The notes under the pieces are model-generated. The model did not search any database and was not told the origin of the DNA. It worked only from the letters and a program-made list of their open reading frames with translations. A stretch of DNA of 32,325 nucleotides from an uncultured Eubacterium sp. GTDB taxonomy: Bacteria > Bacillota > Clostridia > Lachnospirales > Lachnospiraceae. The stretch is taken from contig CANPET010000001.1 in NCBI GenBank assembly GCA_947573465.1, positions 1 through 32,325 on the forward strand, read 5' to 3'. Of the stretch, positions 1 through 9,985 are shown one piece after another. Position numbers and translations under genes: made by a program. The first letter of the stretch is position 1; each line of letters begins with the position of its first letter.

Positions 1-2557
1 TGATGCGGACGATATATTGGAATTGACAGCATTAGAGGGAATGTACAATACTGCAGTAAATAAAAAGGCGCAGTTAGTTATTGCCGGGTATGATATTTTT
101 GATAATTATACGACCACCAGAGTAAGGGAAATTGAAGTGTTAATGGCTGAGGAAATCATTGAAAAATATGATCCGAGAATATTATGGACCTTCTCCTTGT
201 CTAATAAATTATTTAAAAAAGACGTTATAGACCAATATCATTTCCGACTGCCACCGATTTCATATTCGGAGGATGGCGCATTTTTGATGAATTATGTTTA
301 TCATATTCAAAAAATCGCAGGTTATAATGAAATTATATTCCATTATAGAAGACTGAATGGTGAAGGAAATGCTATTACAGAAACTATTTCAGATTCGAAA
401 GTAAAGGATTATATTGAGGCGCATAGAATTATTCTGGAATGTGCAAGGGAGAGTGTGTTAAGAGATTATACACAGTATCATACAATTAAAGAGGCAAGAA
501 CAAACCCTGAAATTGCAGATTATTTAAACAAAATTATATTTAAGGAATTAAATATTTTGATCAGACAGTTTTACTCTAAGATGTGGAGTTTAGAAGAGGA
601 GACAGTGAAATTAATTGTTTCTGAAATACAGGAAAAAATCGAAATTCTGGATGTAAAGAATATTTCTCTGATGGCAGATGAAAACCCGGATATTCAGTTG
701 TTTGATTTGTGTGCCAGCAAGGAAGAAGTGCTGAACAGGGCTGCATTTACCGCGGTTTTATATGGTGAGAGAACGCAGGAAAAAGACTTTATTGAATGTT
801 TGAGAAGTCTTACAAAGCAGAATTTCGTTGGAATCAGAATTGTTGTTCCGGAGTTTATGCGTGCAGTGGTAGAAGAGAATAGCCTTGTGTATGGAAACAT
901 TTTTTATATGGAAGTGGATTCTGAAACAGAATTACAGAATAAGGCGATTAGAGAGGCAGATACACAGTTTATTGTATTCTGTGATGCAAAGGTAGTGTAT
1001 GCGAATAATGCCTTTAAGTATGTTTTTAAAAGATTTATTAAAGGCAATAGAGATTTCATGGTGGAAGTAATCCAGCATAACACATATGGAGAGGCTCAGC
1101 CGGTATATATAAATAAGTTAGCGCAGGATACATTGAGAACGACCATGGAATATAATCCGACATTGTGTTTTGACAGAACATTATCAAATAAATTTTTTAA
1201 GACAGATTATATAAAGTGTTTGAATCTTCAGGAGAACGAGCCGGTATTATCAAGATTTGAGGAAATGTATCGCAAGGGTTCTTATCTGTTTTTTAATGAT
1301 GGTATCGTCATTTATAACGATTCAGAGGATACGTTTTTAGACTTTATTGGAACAGAAGAAGCAAAGGATTTAGCAAAGGAATACTATTCAGACAAGAAAG
1401 TAGATTTAAAACATGAAGACGTTATGATAGAACAGGTAGAATCTTTTGTTAAGTTAATAGATAATGAACCAAAAACTTTTAACGAAAAGATTATGAGAAA
1501 GGCAATTGAGTATTATCGTCAGAAAAAACTTGTTAATCGTGTACTGTTCATAACAATTCGAAAAGATGGAGAACTGGAAGGGAATATGAAAGCACTTTAT
1601 CCATATGTAAAGGGAGAGAAAGTGATTTGTGCTGCAATGCTGCCTCACAGTATTCCTGCAATGCTTAGGATGATTAAATTAATTGCCACAAGCAAAGTAA
1701 TTGTTACAGATGATTATGTGAAATATTTGAGATATTTTGATTTGAAACCGGAGCAGAGAGTGATTCAATTGTGGCATGCCTGCGGAGCCTTTAAAAAATT
1801 TGGACAAAGAGGAACGAACATGGCATTAAGTACAGATAGAGCTACCCATGCCCAGTATAATATGATGATTGTCAGTGGAGAACATATACGTCCAATTTAT
1901 GCAGACGCTTTTGATATTAATTTGAAAAAAGTAAAAGCCATGGGAGCACCAAGGACAGATGACTTTTTTAATCAGGAATATATTGATACAAAAAAGAAGG
2001 CAATATATGAGAAGTATCCGGAACTGAAAGATAAATTTGTGATTATATATGCACCGACGTTTAGAGATGTAGGTGAGGGAAGGCAGGTATTTGAGCCAGA
2101 GATTGATTTTGACAGATTATCAGAGAAGCTGTTACCAGACCAGCAGTTTTTAATATGTCCTCATCCGGTAATGAAAAATGACATTATTCCGCATAAATAT
2201 CATAATATTAAAGTGATGAGAGATTTTTCAACCAATGATTTAATGTTTATTTCAGATATGCTGATAACAGATTATTCATCCGTTATATTTGAATACGCAT
2301 TACTAAATAAGCCGATTGCATTTTTCTGTTATGATTTGGCAATTTATAATAGAGGATTCTATTTGAATTATCCGGATGATCTGCCAGGAGATGTATATGA
2401 AAACCAGGAGGCGTTAGAAAACTATCTGGCGGATAGCAGTAAACAGAATGTGTCGGAAAAACATGAAGAGTTTATCAAGAAATATATGACTGGTTGTGAT
2501 GGACATAGTTGCGAGAGAATCTCAAAAGTGATAAATGATTACATGAATGAAAATTAG
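1..2557 (+). CDS. 5'-truncated multidomain GT2 + CDP-glycerol/ribitol phosphotransferase (TagB/TarL-like), starts upstream of the window
   Basis: The frame is open from base 2 and reads DADDILEL (GT-A DxD motif), so the TTG at 17 is probably not the real start. GT2 tail SLSNKLFKK...SEDGAF. C-terminal domain has QLWHACGAFKKFG, IYAPTFRD, LITDYSSVIFEY. Confidence 0.85.
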   Translation, partial: DADDILELTALEGMYNTAVNKKAQLVIAGYDIFDNYTTTRVREIEVLMAEEIIEKYDPRILWTFSLSNKLFKKDVIDQYHFRLPPISYSEDGAFLMNYVYHIQKIAGYNEIIFHYRRLNGEGNAITETISDSKVKDYIEAHRIILECARESVLRDYTQYHTIKEARTNPEIADYLNKIIFKELNILIRQFYSKMWSLEEETVKLIVSEIQEKIEILDVKNISLMADENPDIQLFDLCASKEEVLNRAAFTAVLYGERTQEKDFIECLRSLTKQNFVGIRIVVPEFMRAVVEENSLVYGNIFYMEVDSETELQNKAIREADTQFIVFCDAKVVYANNAFKYVFKRFIKGNRDFMVEVIQHNTYGEAQPVYINKLAQDTLRTTMEYNPTLCFDRTLSNKFFKTDYIKCLNLQENEPVLSRFEEMYRKGSYLFFNDGIVIYNDSEDTFLDFIGTEEAKDLAKEYYSDKKVDLKHEDVMIEQVESFVKLIDNEPKTFNEKIMRKAIEYYRQKKLVNRVLFITIRKDGELEGNMKALYPYVKGEKVICAAMLPHSIPAMLRMIKLIATSKVIVTDDYVKYLRYFDLKPEQRVIQLWHACGAFKKFGQRGTNMALSTDRATHAQYNMMIVSGEHIRPIYADAFDINLKKVKAMGAPRTDDFFNQEYIDTKKKAIYEKYPELKDKFVIIYAPTFRDVGEGRQVFEPEIDFDRLSEKLLPDQQFLICPHPVMKNDIIPHKYHNIKVMRDFSTNDLMFISDMLITDYSSVIFEYALLNKPIAFFCYDLAIYNRGFYLNYPDDLPGDVYENQEALENYLADSSKQNVSEKHEEFIKKYMTGCDGHSCERISKVINDYMNEN

Positions 2558-2583
2558 CAGATAAGGAAAAAGAGAATAAGTAT

Positions 2584-3192
2584 ATGAATAACGGAAGAAT
2601 GAGAGAGATACCAATTATAACAGCAGGGCTGATTATTTTAAATGCCATTGTATTCTTGGGAATGGAGATTTTAGGTGATACAGAAAGTTCGTTGTTTTTA
2701 TATGAACATGGTGCAATGTACTGGCCGGATGTTTTTGAAGGTGGGCAGTGGTACCGGCTGATTACGCATATGTTTATTCATTCCGGGGCAGACCATATTT
2801 TAAATAATATGTTTATGTTAGGAATATTAGGCTATCAGATAGAGAAAGAATATGGACCGGTAAAATACCTGATAACATATTTTGTTTGTGGTGTTGGTGG
2901 GTCACTAATATCAGCATTTGCAGAAATGTATATGAATGAAGCGGTTGTAAGTGTTGGGGCGTCCGGAGCGGTTTTTGGTATTTTTGGAGTGATGCTGGTA
3001 ATGATATTTAAGAACAGGAATCAGATGGGGCAGGTGTCCACACCGCGTTTGATTATTTTGTTTGCTCTGATGGTTTTTGGAAATATGGAAGAAGGCGTAG
3101 ACTGGATGGCACATCTGGGAGGCGCAATAGCTGGGGTGATTATGGCGTTTATTCTATATCATCCACGAGAAAATAAAAGGTTCTATCTGTAA
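2584..3192 (+). CDS. Rhomboid family intramembrane serine protease
   Basis: WYRLITHMFIH, HILNNM, GASG (catalytic Ser), AHLGG (catalytic His); about 6 hydrophobic segments. Confidence 0.93.
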   Translation: MNNGRMREIPIITAGLIILNAIVFLGMEILGDTESSLFLYEHGAMYWPDVFEGGQWYRLITHMFIHSGADHILNNMFMLGILGYQIEKEYGPVKYLITYFVCGVGGSLISAFAEMYMNEAVVSVGASGAVFGIFGVMLVMIFKNRNQMGQVSTPRLIILFALMVFGNMEEGVDWMAHLGGAIAGVIMAFILYHPRENKRFYL

Positions 3193-3226
3193 AATTAAAA
3201 AATGTTATATAAAGGGAGGAAACATA

Positions 3227-3637
3227 ATGAGTGATTGTATTTTTTGTAAAATAGCAGCAGGAGAAATTCCGTCAAATACTTTGTATGAGGATGATAAAGT
3301 TAAAGTGATTTTTGATATATCGCCGGCAACGTTAGGACATGCTCTTGTAATACCAAAGGAACATGCAGCGAATGTATTTGAAATTCAGGATGATTTATTG
3401 GCACATGCCCATATTGTGGCAAAAAAGATTGCAGCAGCTCTCAAAGAGGCAACAGGATGTAAAGGTGTTAATATATTGCAGAATAATGGAGAGGTGGCAG
3501 GCCAGTCAGTATTCCATCTTCATATTCACGTGATTCCAAGGTATGATGATGACGATGCCCATATTAAATGGACACCGGGAACACAGGACACAGAAGGTCT
3601 TGATAAAATCGCAGCAAAAGTAAAAGAGATTTTGTAG
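3227..3637 (+). CDS. HIT (histidine triad) family nucleotide hydrolase
   Basis: DCIFCKI N-terminus and AGQSVFHLHIHVIPR triad; GGAGG RBS. Confidence 0.95.
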   Translation: MSDCIFCKIAAGEIPSNTLYEDDKVKVIFDISPATLGHALVIPKEHAANVFEIQDDLLAHAHIVAKKIAAALKEATGCKGVNILQNNGEVAGQSVFHLHIHVIPRYDDDDAHIKWTPGTQDTEGLDKIAAKVKEIL

Positions 3638-3958
3638 TAGTTTTGCTTGGGATTTGTGAAAGTGTATTTATCAGAAAGAGCACAGGTGTATACTGGATTG
3701 GTAAACATTGAATAACTTAAAATATTTGTAGACAAAAAGAAAATGAATGCTTAAAGCTAAAATCTGATACCGAATCAGATTTTAAGGATTCACGAAGGAG
3801 AAATTATCAAATTTCTCCGAAGTTGTATCCAGTGCTTTAAAAGCATTCATTTTCTTTTGTCGAGTAACAAATATTTAAGTTATGAAGTTGACCAATCCAG
3901 TATACACCTGTGCTCTTTCTGGTAGATAGGTGTTTACAAGTTCTGGAGGAAAACTACT
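3636..3958. repeat. Long imperfect inverted repeat (~320 bp) with internal hairpins; REP/MITE-like element or structured RNA
   Basis: Perfect 31-bp IR at 3672-3702 / 3891-3921. Further paired blocks: ataacttaaa/tttaagttat, aaaagaaaatgaatgctt/aagcattcattttctttt, terminal agtagtttt/aaaactact. Two central hairpins: aaaatctgat..atcagatttt and ggagaaatt..aatttctcc. Confidence 0.9.
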
Positions 3959-5015
3959 TACTGAGTTCTTTTATTAAATCTACGATTTTTTCAACACCAC
4001 CGATGCCAGAAGATTTGGACATGGCATCAATATAGGTGTTACGGTTGTCGTATACTTTATGTACAGTGGCAATAAGGTCATCCTTCGTTGCCACATCTTC
4101 ATCCAGTACTTCGCTGAAACCTTGTTTGGCGTAAGATTTCGCATTTAATATCTGATCTCCGCGACTGGCGTTTGCAGATAGTGGAATCAGGATGTTTGGT
4201 TTTTTTAGGGCAGATATTTCACAGATGCTGTTTGCACCGGCTCTGGAAATAATGATATCTGCCATTGCAAAAAAGTCTTTCATTTCTTGGCTGATATATT
4301 CAAACTGGGCATAACCTTTCGTATTCGTAAGGGTTGGGTCCAGTTTTCCTTTTCCGCAAAGATGTGCAACCTGAAAATCTTTTAAGAGTTCAGGAAGTGC
4401 AGCACGAACCAGCTTATTTACATTTTCTGCGCCAAGACTTCCGCCGGTCACCATAATAACCGGTTTGTTGGCAGTGAAACCACACATGTCCAGAGCAGTC
4501 AATTTGTTTCCAGAGAAGAGTTCTGCTCTGATAGGAGAGCCGGTGTGAACTGCTTTTTGTCCTAAATACTCAGCTGTTTCAGGGAAATTATGACATACCT
4601 TTGTGGCTTTTTTAATAGCCAGCTTGTTTGCCAGTCCGGGTGTCATATCTGACTCGTGAATAATAACCGGAACGTTATATTTGCTTGCTGCAAATACAAC
4701 TGGAACTGTTACAAATCCACCTTTTGAAAAAACAATATCCGGTTTATATTTTTTAATAATTTTTTTTGCCTCAAAATATCCTTTTAAAACTCTAAAAGGA
4801 TCAGAAAAGTTTTTCCAACTAAAATAACGTCTTAGTTTTCCTGACGAAATGCCTACATAATCCAATCCGGCATCTGTGACTAGCTGTGTTTCCATGCCCC
4901 CTTTGGAGCCAATGTATTTAATCTCATAACCAGCTTCTTTTAATTTTGGAATTAATGCAATATTGGGTGTTACATGACCGGCAGTTCCACCACCGGTTAA
5001 AATGATTTTTTTCAT
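3954..5015 (-). CDS. murG: Undecaprenyl-PP-MurNAc-pentapeptide GlcNAc transferase MurG
   Basis: TGGGTAGHVTP, SKGGFV, HESDMTPGLAN, GGSLGA, SRAGANS, RGDQILNA motifs. Confidence 0.96.
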   Translation of the reverse strand: MKKIILTGGGTAGHVTPNIALIPKLKEAGYEIKYIGSKGGMETQLVTDAGLDYVGISSGKLRRYFSWKNFSDPFRVLKGYFEAKKIIKKYKPDIVFSKGGFVTVPVVFAASKYNVPVIIHESDMTPGLANKLAIKKATKVCHNFPETAEYLGQKAVHTGSPIRAELFSGNKLTALDMCGFTANKPVIMVTGGSLGAENVNKLVRAALPELLKDFQVAHLCGKGKLDPTLTNTKGYAQFEYISQEMKDFFAMADIIISRAGANSICEISALKKPNILIPLSANASRGDQILNAKSYAKQGFSEVLDEDVATKDDLIATVHKVYDNRNTYIDAMSKSSGIGGVEKIVDLIKELSK

Positions 5016-5027
5016 AATGCACCTCTT

Positions 5028-6407
5028 TTAATTTCCCTGTTCTTTATTGTATGCTTTAATCTGCTTCTTTATTTCTTCTGTACTCTTACCGTCTAAAGTC
5101 ATTTTTATCAGGCTGCTTGCACGGTTTACGGACTCTTCATCCTGCATTACAACGGAAAGAGATGTACCGGTGTAAGTACATACCTGTCTGGAAGGGGTAC
5201 CCACAACACTAAATGACATAATGTTCCATCCATCACTTCCGCCATCTTTTAACAGATTAATCGATGAAGAAATATCAATATTGGTAGCAAAGCAATCCTC
5301 GATAGCATCCAGAATGCTGTTGTAACGTAATAATGTATTTCCACTAAGAGCTTTCTTTTCGATTGCCTTTAAGACTTTTACCTGATTTTTGTTTCGCTGC
5401 ATATCACCATTTGCAAAAGAATGACGCTCTCTGGCAAAAGTCAGAGCTGTGGCTCCATCCATTTTCATAGCACCTTTCTTATAGGTATAGGTTTTTCTTT
5501 CGCCAGTATCTTTATCACCGTAAGAAGCATAAGTTCTGGTACTGAAAGGCTTGTCCACATTAATCGTAATACCACCCATAGCGTCGATTAAATCTGCGAA
5601 ACCGGTGAAGTTTAGTTTAATATAGTGATAATGTTTTGGTGAAACATCAAATTTATACAAATATTTTAGTGTATTCATTAATGCTTTGTTTCCGGAATCC
5701 CAGTTGACTTCATAGGCCCACTGCCAGTCACTTGCAGTTGCAACAGAACCGTCAGACTTCTTTTTGGCTGTTCCTTTTCCATATAGACCTACATGAGTTA
5801 ATTTATCATATGATTCCGGAGCAACAGCTTTTGCCTGAACCGGAACATAATAATCTCTTGGTGTAGAAACCATAAGAACATTATGATTCTTTGGGTTTAC
5901 AACGGCAATAATATTGGTGTCGGAACGTCCTAACGTTTTTTCATTAAATTCTCCAAAAGTGTCATTGGCAGATACGAAGACTACAAAAGGTGTATCATCT
6001 AATTTGTCACCGGTAGTAAACTTACTTAAATCTTTGGAGAGATAGTAACATCCCAATGCAAGGATAATAATAACAACGATAGAAATAATTTTTCCAAAGG
6101 TCTGGGCATTCTTTGTTTTTTGCAGTAAAAATAAAACGATTGCTAAAAGAACAATTAGAACGGCAATAATACCTGCTACAACACCTGCTGAAGTAAAAGC
6201 AAAGCCTTTGGATAAAAACATCCACACGAAAGCCACGGATGCAATTAATTGCAGAATAACAAGAATAATGCCTATGGCTTTTCCAGCGTTACCACTAGTG
6301 GCTTTTTTTGCTTTTTTTGTGTTTGAATTTTTTCTGGAACTGTTCGTTTCAGAACTGTATCCATAATATCCTGTTTTAATGTCTGAAGACTTTTGTTTCT
6401 TACTCAT
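5028..6407 (-). CDS. LCP (LytR-CpsA-Psr) family glycopolymer-to-peptidoglycan transferase
   Basis: Three N-terminal TM helices; GRSDTNI, STPRD, NFTGFADLIDAMGG, ARERH, GDMQRNKNQ motifs. Lies 12 bp upstream of murG, so likely co-transcribed. Confidence 0.9.
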   Translation of the reverse strand: MSKKQKSSDIKTGYYGYSSETNSSRKNSNTKKAKKATSGNAGKAIGIILVILQLIASVAFVWMFLSKGFAFTSAGVVAGIIAVLIVLLAIVLFLLQKTKNAQTFGKIISIVVIIILALGCYYLSKDLSKFTTGDKLDDTPFVVFVSANDTFGEFNEKTLGRSDTNIIAVVNPKNHNVLMVSTPRDYYVPVQAKAVAPESYDKLTHVGLYGKGTAKKKSDGSVATASDWQWAYEVNWDSGNKALMNTLKYLYKFDVSPKHYHYIKLNFTGFADLIDAMGGITINVDKPFSTRTYASYGDKDTGERKTYTYKKGAMKMDGATALTFARERHSFANGDMQRNKNQVKVLKAIEKKALSGNTLLRYNSILDAIEDCFATNIDISSSINLLKDGGSDGWNIMSFSVVGTPSRQVCTYTGTSLSVVMQDEESVNRASSLIKMTLDGKSTEEIKKQIKAYNKEQGN

Positions 6408-6621
6408 AAATACCTCCTGGATTTTAAATTACTATAAAATAAAAAGTAATTAAAATTAGTTTTATCTTTTAAACGAAATAAAAATCTCTTTTATTGAGCA
6501 AAATAAAAATAAAGTTTAAATTCGTGTCTCATTATACTACATAATGAAAAAAAAACAAAGTGTCAGCACATAGGATAGGTAAAAGTCACAAAATGTTCAT
6601 ATTTGGTAATAATGACATGAA

Positions 6622-6650
6622 TTGACAAATAATAGCGGCTTTGGTAAAAT
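6622..6650 (+). promoter_or_regulatory. SigA-type promoter for the glycopolymer operon
   Basis: TTGACA (6622-6627), 17-bp spacer ending TGG, TAAAAT (6645-6650): near-consensus with extended -10. Confidence 0.75.
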
Positions 6651-6719
6651 TAGTATAGTTTATGAGCTGGTATTGTGGGTCCCAAGTGGTGCAAGCCAGC
6701 TTATGTTTTAGGAGAAGAA

Positions 6720-8081
6720 ATGAAACAGTCAAGAGCGTTTAGAAGAATAATGATATTGCTATTACTGGCAATTATAATTACAGGGCAGACTCTGATATTC
6801 TGGTATTTCTGGGATCATCATTACAGTACCGGTATGGACAGAGAGTTCTTTTTTAAAGGACATATTGTATTATTATTTGTGTATGCTTTGATGTTTACGT
6901 TGTTTAGCCATGTGTATGGTGCTTTTAAGTTAGGAAGACTGCAGTATTCCAATTTAGTATTTTCACAACTTTTAGCATTATTGTTTACAAACTTTATTAT
7001 GTATCTGCAGATTTCCATGCTTTCTTTAAAGTTGGTAAATCCGGCACCATTGATTGGAATGAGCTTTGATAATATACTCTGTTGCCTTATATGGTCAGGT
7101 ATCGCAATTGGTATTTACAGATGGATGTATCCCCCAAGGGATATGCTGTTAATTTTTAGTGACAGAGATCCGGATAATTTTTTAAAGAAAATAAAAACCC
7201 GTGAGGATAAGTATATTATTTCGGAAGCAATCCACTGTGACAGGGAGATTGATGAAATAAAGAGTGCTATTTTGAAACACTCTGCAATCTTATTATGCGA
7301 TATTCCAAGCGCTAGGCGTAATTCAATTATAAAGTTATGCTACATGTATGATAAAAGGGCATATATTACACCAAAAATTTCCGATATAATTATTATCGGT
7401 TCTGAACAAAATACGCTGTTTGATTCTCCACTGTTAGTGACAAAGGCAAAAGGGTTAAAATGGGAGCAGGCGTTTTTTAAACGATTGCTTGACATTGTTA
7501 TTTCCTTAATATTATGTGTACCGACAGTTGCCATAACAATTTTAGTAGCGTTAGGCAATTTGATTTGGGACAGAGGACCGGTATTTTATACACAGCCAAG
7601 ACTTACGAAAGATGGAAAAGTATTTAAAATATTAAAGTTTAGAAGTATGAAGTGTGATTCTGAGAAAGATGGAGCCAGACTGGCAGCAAAAGATGATGAC
7701 AGAATTACAAAGGTAGGAAAAATACTTAGAGCTACACATCTTGATGAACTCCCTCAGGTATTTAACATTCTTGCGGGTCAGATGTCGGTGGTAGGTCCAA
7801 GACCGGAGAGACCGGAAATTGCAAAAGAGTATGAGGAGAGTATACCGGAGTTTTGCTTCCGCTTAAAAGTTAAAGCAGGACTTACAGGATATGCACAGGT
7901 TTATGGAAAGTATAATACAACCCCTTATGATAAATTAAAGTTGGACATGCACTATATTCAGCATTATAAAGTATGGACGGATATTCAGTTGATTTTAATG
8001 ACTTTTAAAATCATGTTTATGAAGGACAATACAGAGGGTGTTGAAAAAGACCAGAAAACAGCAATTATTGAGAAAAAATAG
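6720..8081 (+). CDS. Priming polyprenyl-phosphate sugar-1-phosphate transferase (WcaJ/CpsE/WbaP type)
   Basis: N-terminal TM helices; KRLLDI, ILKFRSM, DDDRITKVGKILR, LDELPQ, MSVVGPRPE, KAGLTGYAQV. Start moved from GTG 6675 to ATG 6720 behind an AGGAG RBS. Confidence 0.92.
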   Translation: MKQSRAFRRIMILLLLAIIITGQTLIFWYFWDHHYSTGMDREFFFKGHIVLLFVYALMFTLFSHVYGAFKLGRLQYSNLVFSQLLALLFTNFIMYLQISMLSLKLVNPAPLIGMSFDNILCCLIWSGIAIGIYRWMYPPRDMLLIFSDRDPDNFLKKIKTREDKYIISEAIHCDREIDEIKSAILKHSAILLCDIPSARRNSIIKLCYMYDKRAYITPKISDIIIIGSEQNTLFDSPLLVTKAKGLKWEQAFFKRLLDIVISLILCVPTVAITILVALGNLIWDRGPVFYTQPRLTKDGKVFKILKFRSMKCDSEKDGARLAAKDDDRITKVGKILRATHLDELPQVFNILAGQMSVVGPRPERPEIAKEYEESIPEFCFRLKVKAGLTGYAQVYGKYNTTPYDKLKLDMHYIQHYKVWTDIQLILMTFKIMFMKDNTEGVEKDQKTAIIEKK

Positions 8082-8089
8082 GTGGTTTC

Positions 8090-8914
8090 ATGAACAAGAA
8101 TTACTCCGTGTTAATGTCGGTTTATATAAAAGAAAATCCAAAATATTTACAAGAGGCGATAGACAGTATATTAAATCAAACGGTAAAAACCAATGATTTT
8201 ATAATTGTCTGTGATGGACCCTTGAGCGAAGGCCTGAATAAAGTTATTGCAGATTATGTGACAACCTATTCAGGCTTGTTCAATGTTTATCAACTGGAAC
8301 ACAATATGGGTTTGGCAAAGGCACTTAACAACGGAATATTACAGTGTAAAAATGAGATAATTGTACGTATGGACAGTGATGATATCAGTGCTCCGGACAG
8401 AGTGGAAAAGCAGTTAAAAGCAATGGAAGAATATAATGCTGATATTGTAGGTTCAAATATTATCGAGTTTACAGGGGATATAAGGAATACAAAAGCAGAG
8501 AGAGTGGTGCCGGAAACACATCATGAGATGTATCAGTTTGCTAAAAAAAGAAGTCCTTTTAATCATCCTTCCGTGATGTATAAAAAAAATGCAGTAATTC
8601 AGTCCGGATTTTATGAAGATTACAGATATTTTGAAGATTATAACTTGTGGGTTACCATGTTTTGTAAAGGATATACAGGCTACAATATTCAAGAAAATCT
8701 GCTTTATATGAGGGCAGGGGAGGATATGTATAAAAGAAGAGGAGGTGTATCCTATGTGGGCTGCATCTTCAGATTCCAGAATCATTTAAGAAAACTTGGA
8801 TTTATAGGCATGTTTTCTTTTTTGACAGGAGTTATAACAAGGACAATTGTCAGTCTTGTGCCTAACAGTATCAGAGTATTCATATACAAAAAAATATTAA
8901 GGAAAGAACAGTAA
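8090..8914 (+). CDS. GT2 family glycosyltransferase (AmsE-like)
   Basis: SVLMSVY, VCDGPL, GLAKALN, RMDSDD, PFNHPSVM, EDYNLW. Confidence 0.9.
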   Translation: MNKNYSVLMSVYIKENPKYLQEAIDSILNQTVKTNDFIIVCDGPLSEGLNKVIADYVTTYSGLFNVYQLEHNMGLAKALNNGILQCKNEIIVRMDSDDISAPDRVEKQLKAMEEYNADIVGSNIIEFTGDIRNTKAERVVPETHHEMYQFAKKRSPFNHPSVMYKKNAVIQSGFYEDYRYFEDYNLWVTMFCKGYTGYNIQENLLYMRAGEDMYKRRGGVSYVGCIFRFQNHLRKLGFIGMFSFLTGVITRTIVSLVPNSIRVFIYKKILRKEQ

Positions 8915-9985
8915 ATGAAAAAAGAAATTTTGAAGGTGTTTTTTAAGCCCTTAACAATTGCAAATAGAATGATAAAAAAAGACGAAAATCTTATTTTCTT
9001 CTATTCAAACTTAGGATTCCGGGATAATGTTAAGGCTTTTTATGATTATTTAATTCGTAAAAAATATAATGAAAAATATAAGATTGTAGTAAGTATTAAT
9101 GATGTGGAAAAGTTTGTAGACCATGCACCGGAAAATGTAATATTTGTCGGAAACAAGCAGGGAATATCGTATTTTATGAAGGCAAAATATGCATTTTATT
9201 GTTTTGGTAAATATCCCATTAAACCGGCAAAATCCCAAATAGTAGTAAACTTATGGCATGGAACACCATTGAAAAAAATAGGAAATCTGGAAAAGGGGTT
9301 GGAAAAGAAAGATTATAACTTTTTTACTTATGTAGTGGCAAGTTCACCTTTATATCAGCCGATTATGGCAAAGATATTCGGTTGTAAGGAAGAGCAGGTT
9401 ATTATTACGGGAAATCCAAGGAATGATGAACTGTTTCAGGAAGACAATGCAAATGATAATCCGTTTTGGGAAAAAGGGGAGAAAGTAATCCTGTGGCTTC
9501 CTACATATAGGGAATATAAGGAGGATTTTATTGTTTCCTTATTAAATCGGGAGAACTTAGAACCGCTAAATAAAAAACTTAAGACAGCTCATTGTAAATT
9601 GATTATTAAACTTCATCCATTACAGGATGTTTCAATAATAAGCGAAGCATATAGTAATATTGATTTTCTGGTGCAGACAAATCTGGATGTGGAAGGTGTC
9701 AGCGTATATACATTGTTAAAAGATGCAGATGCATTGATTACTGATTATTCATCGGTATATTTTGACTATATGATGTTAAACAGACCGATAGCCTTTACAG
9801 TAGAGGACATAGAGGAGTATCGGAAAGAAAGAGAAGACTTGGAACAGTTTATAACAGACGTAGCACAGAAGAAGGATATCTATGCAGCACAGAGACAGCA
9901 GGTAAATAGGATTATGAATTCATTTAGTGATGGAAACAGCTGTCGGCGTTTGGAGGAGAGAGTTTTTGGAGGGCATGAGAAATGA
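8915..9985 (+). CDS. CDP-glycerol glycerophosphotransferase (TagF family), apparent in-frame internal deletion near the C-terminus
   Basis: NLWHGTPLKKIG, GNPRND, LPTYR, KLHP, LITDYSSVYFDY; lacks the GFY..LPG segment found in the five paralogues here. Confidence 0.85.
   Translation: MKKEILKVFFKPLTIANRMIKKDENLIFFYSNLGFRDNVKAFYDYLIRKKYNEKYKIVVSINDVEKFVDHAPENVIFVGNKQGISYFMKAKYAFYCFGKYPIKPAKSQIVVNLWHGTPLKKIGNLEKGLEKKDYNFFTYVVASSPLYQPIMAKIFGCKEEQVIITGNPRNDELFQEDNANDNPFWEKGEKVILWLPTYREYKEDFIVSLLNRENLEPLNKKLKTAHCKLIIKLHPLQDVSIISEAYSNIDFLVQTNLDVEGVSVYTLLKDADALITDYSSVYFDYMMLNRPIAFTVEDIEEYRKEREDLEQFITDVAQKKDIYAAQRQQVNRIMNSFSDGNSCRRLEERVFGGHEK

Noticed and set aside
3526-3735. 69-aa minus-strand ORF over the HIT 3' end and palindrome arm
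   Set aside because: Antisense overlap, non-ATG start, no recognisable motif or RBS.
6547-6555. A9 tract near the putative LCP promoter as a phase-variation switch
   Set aside because: A/T runs of 8-9 are frequent in this AT-rich window, and there is no evidence of length variation.
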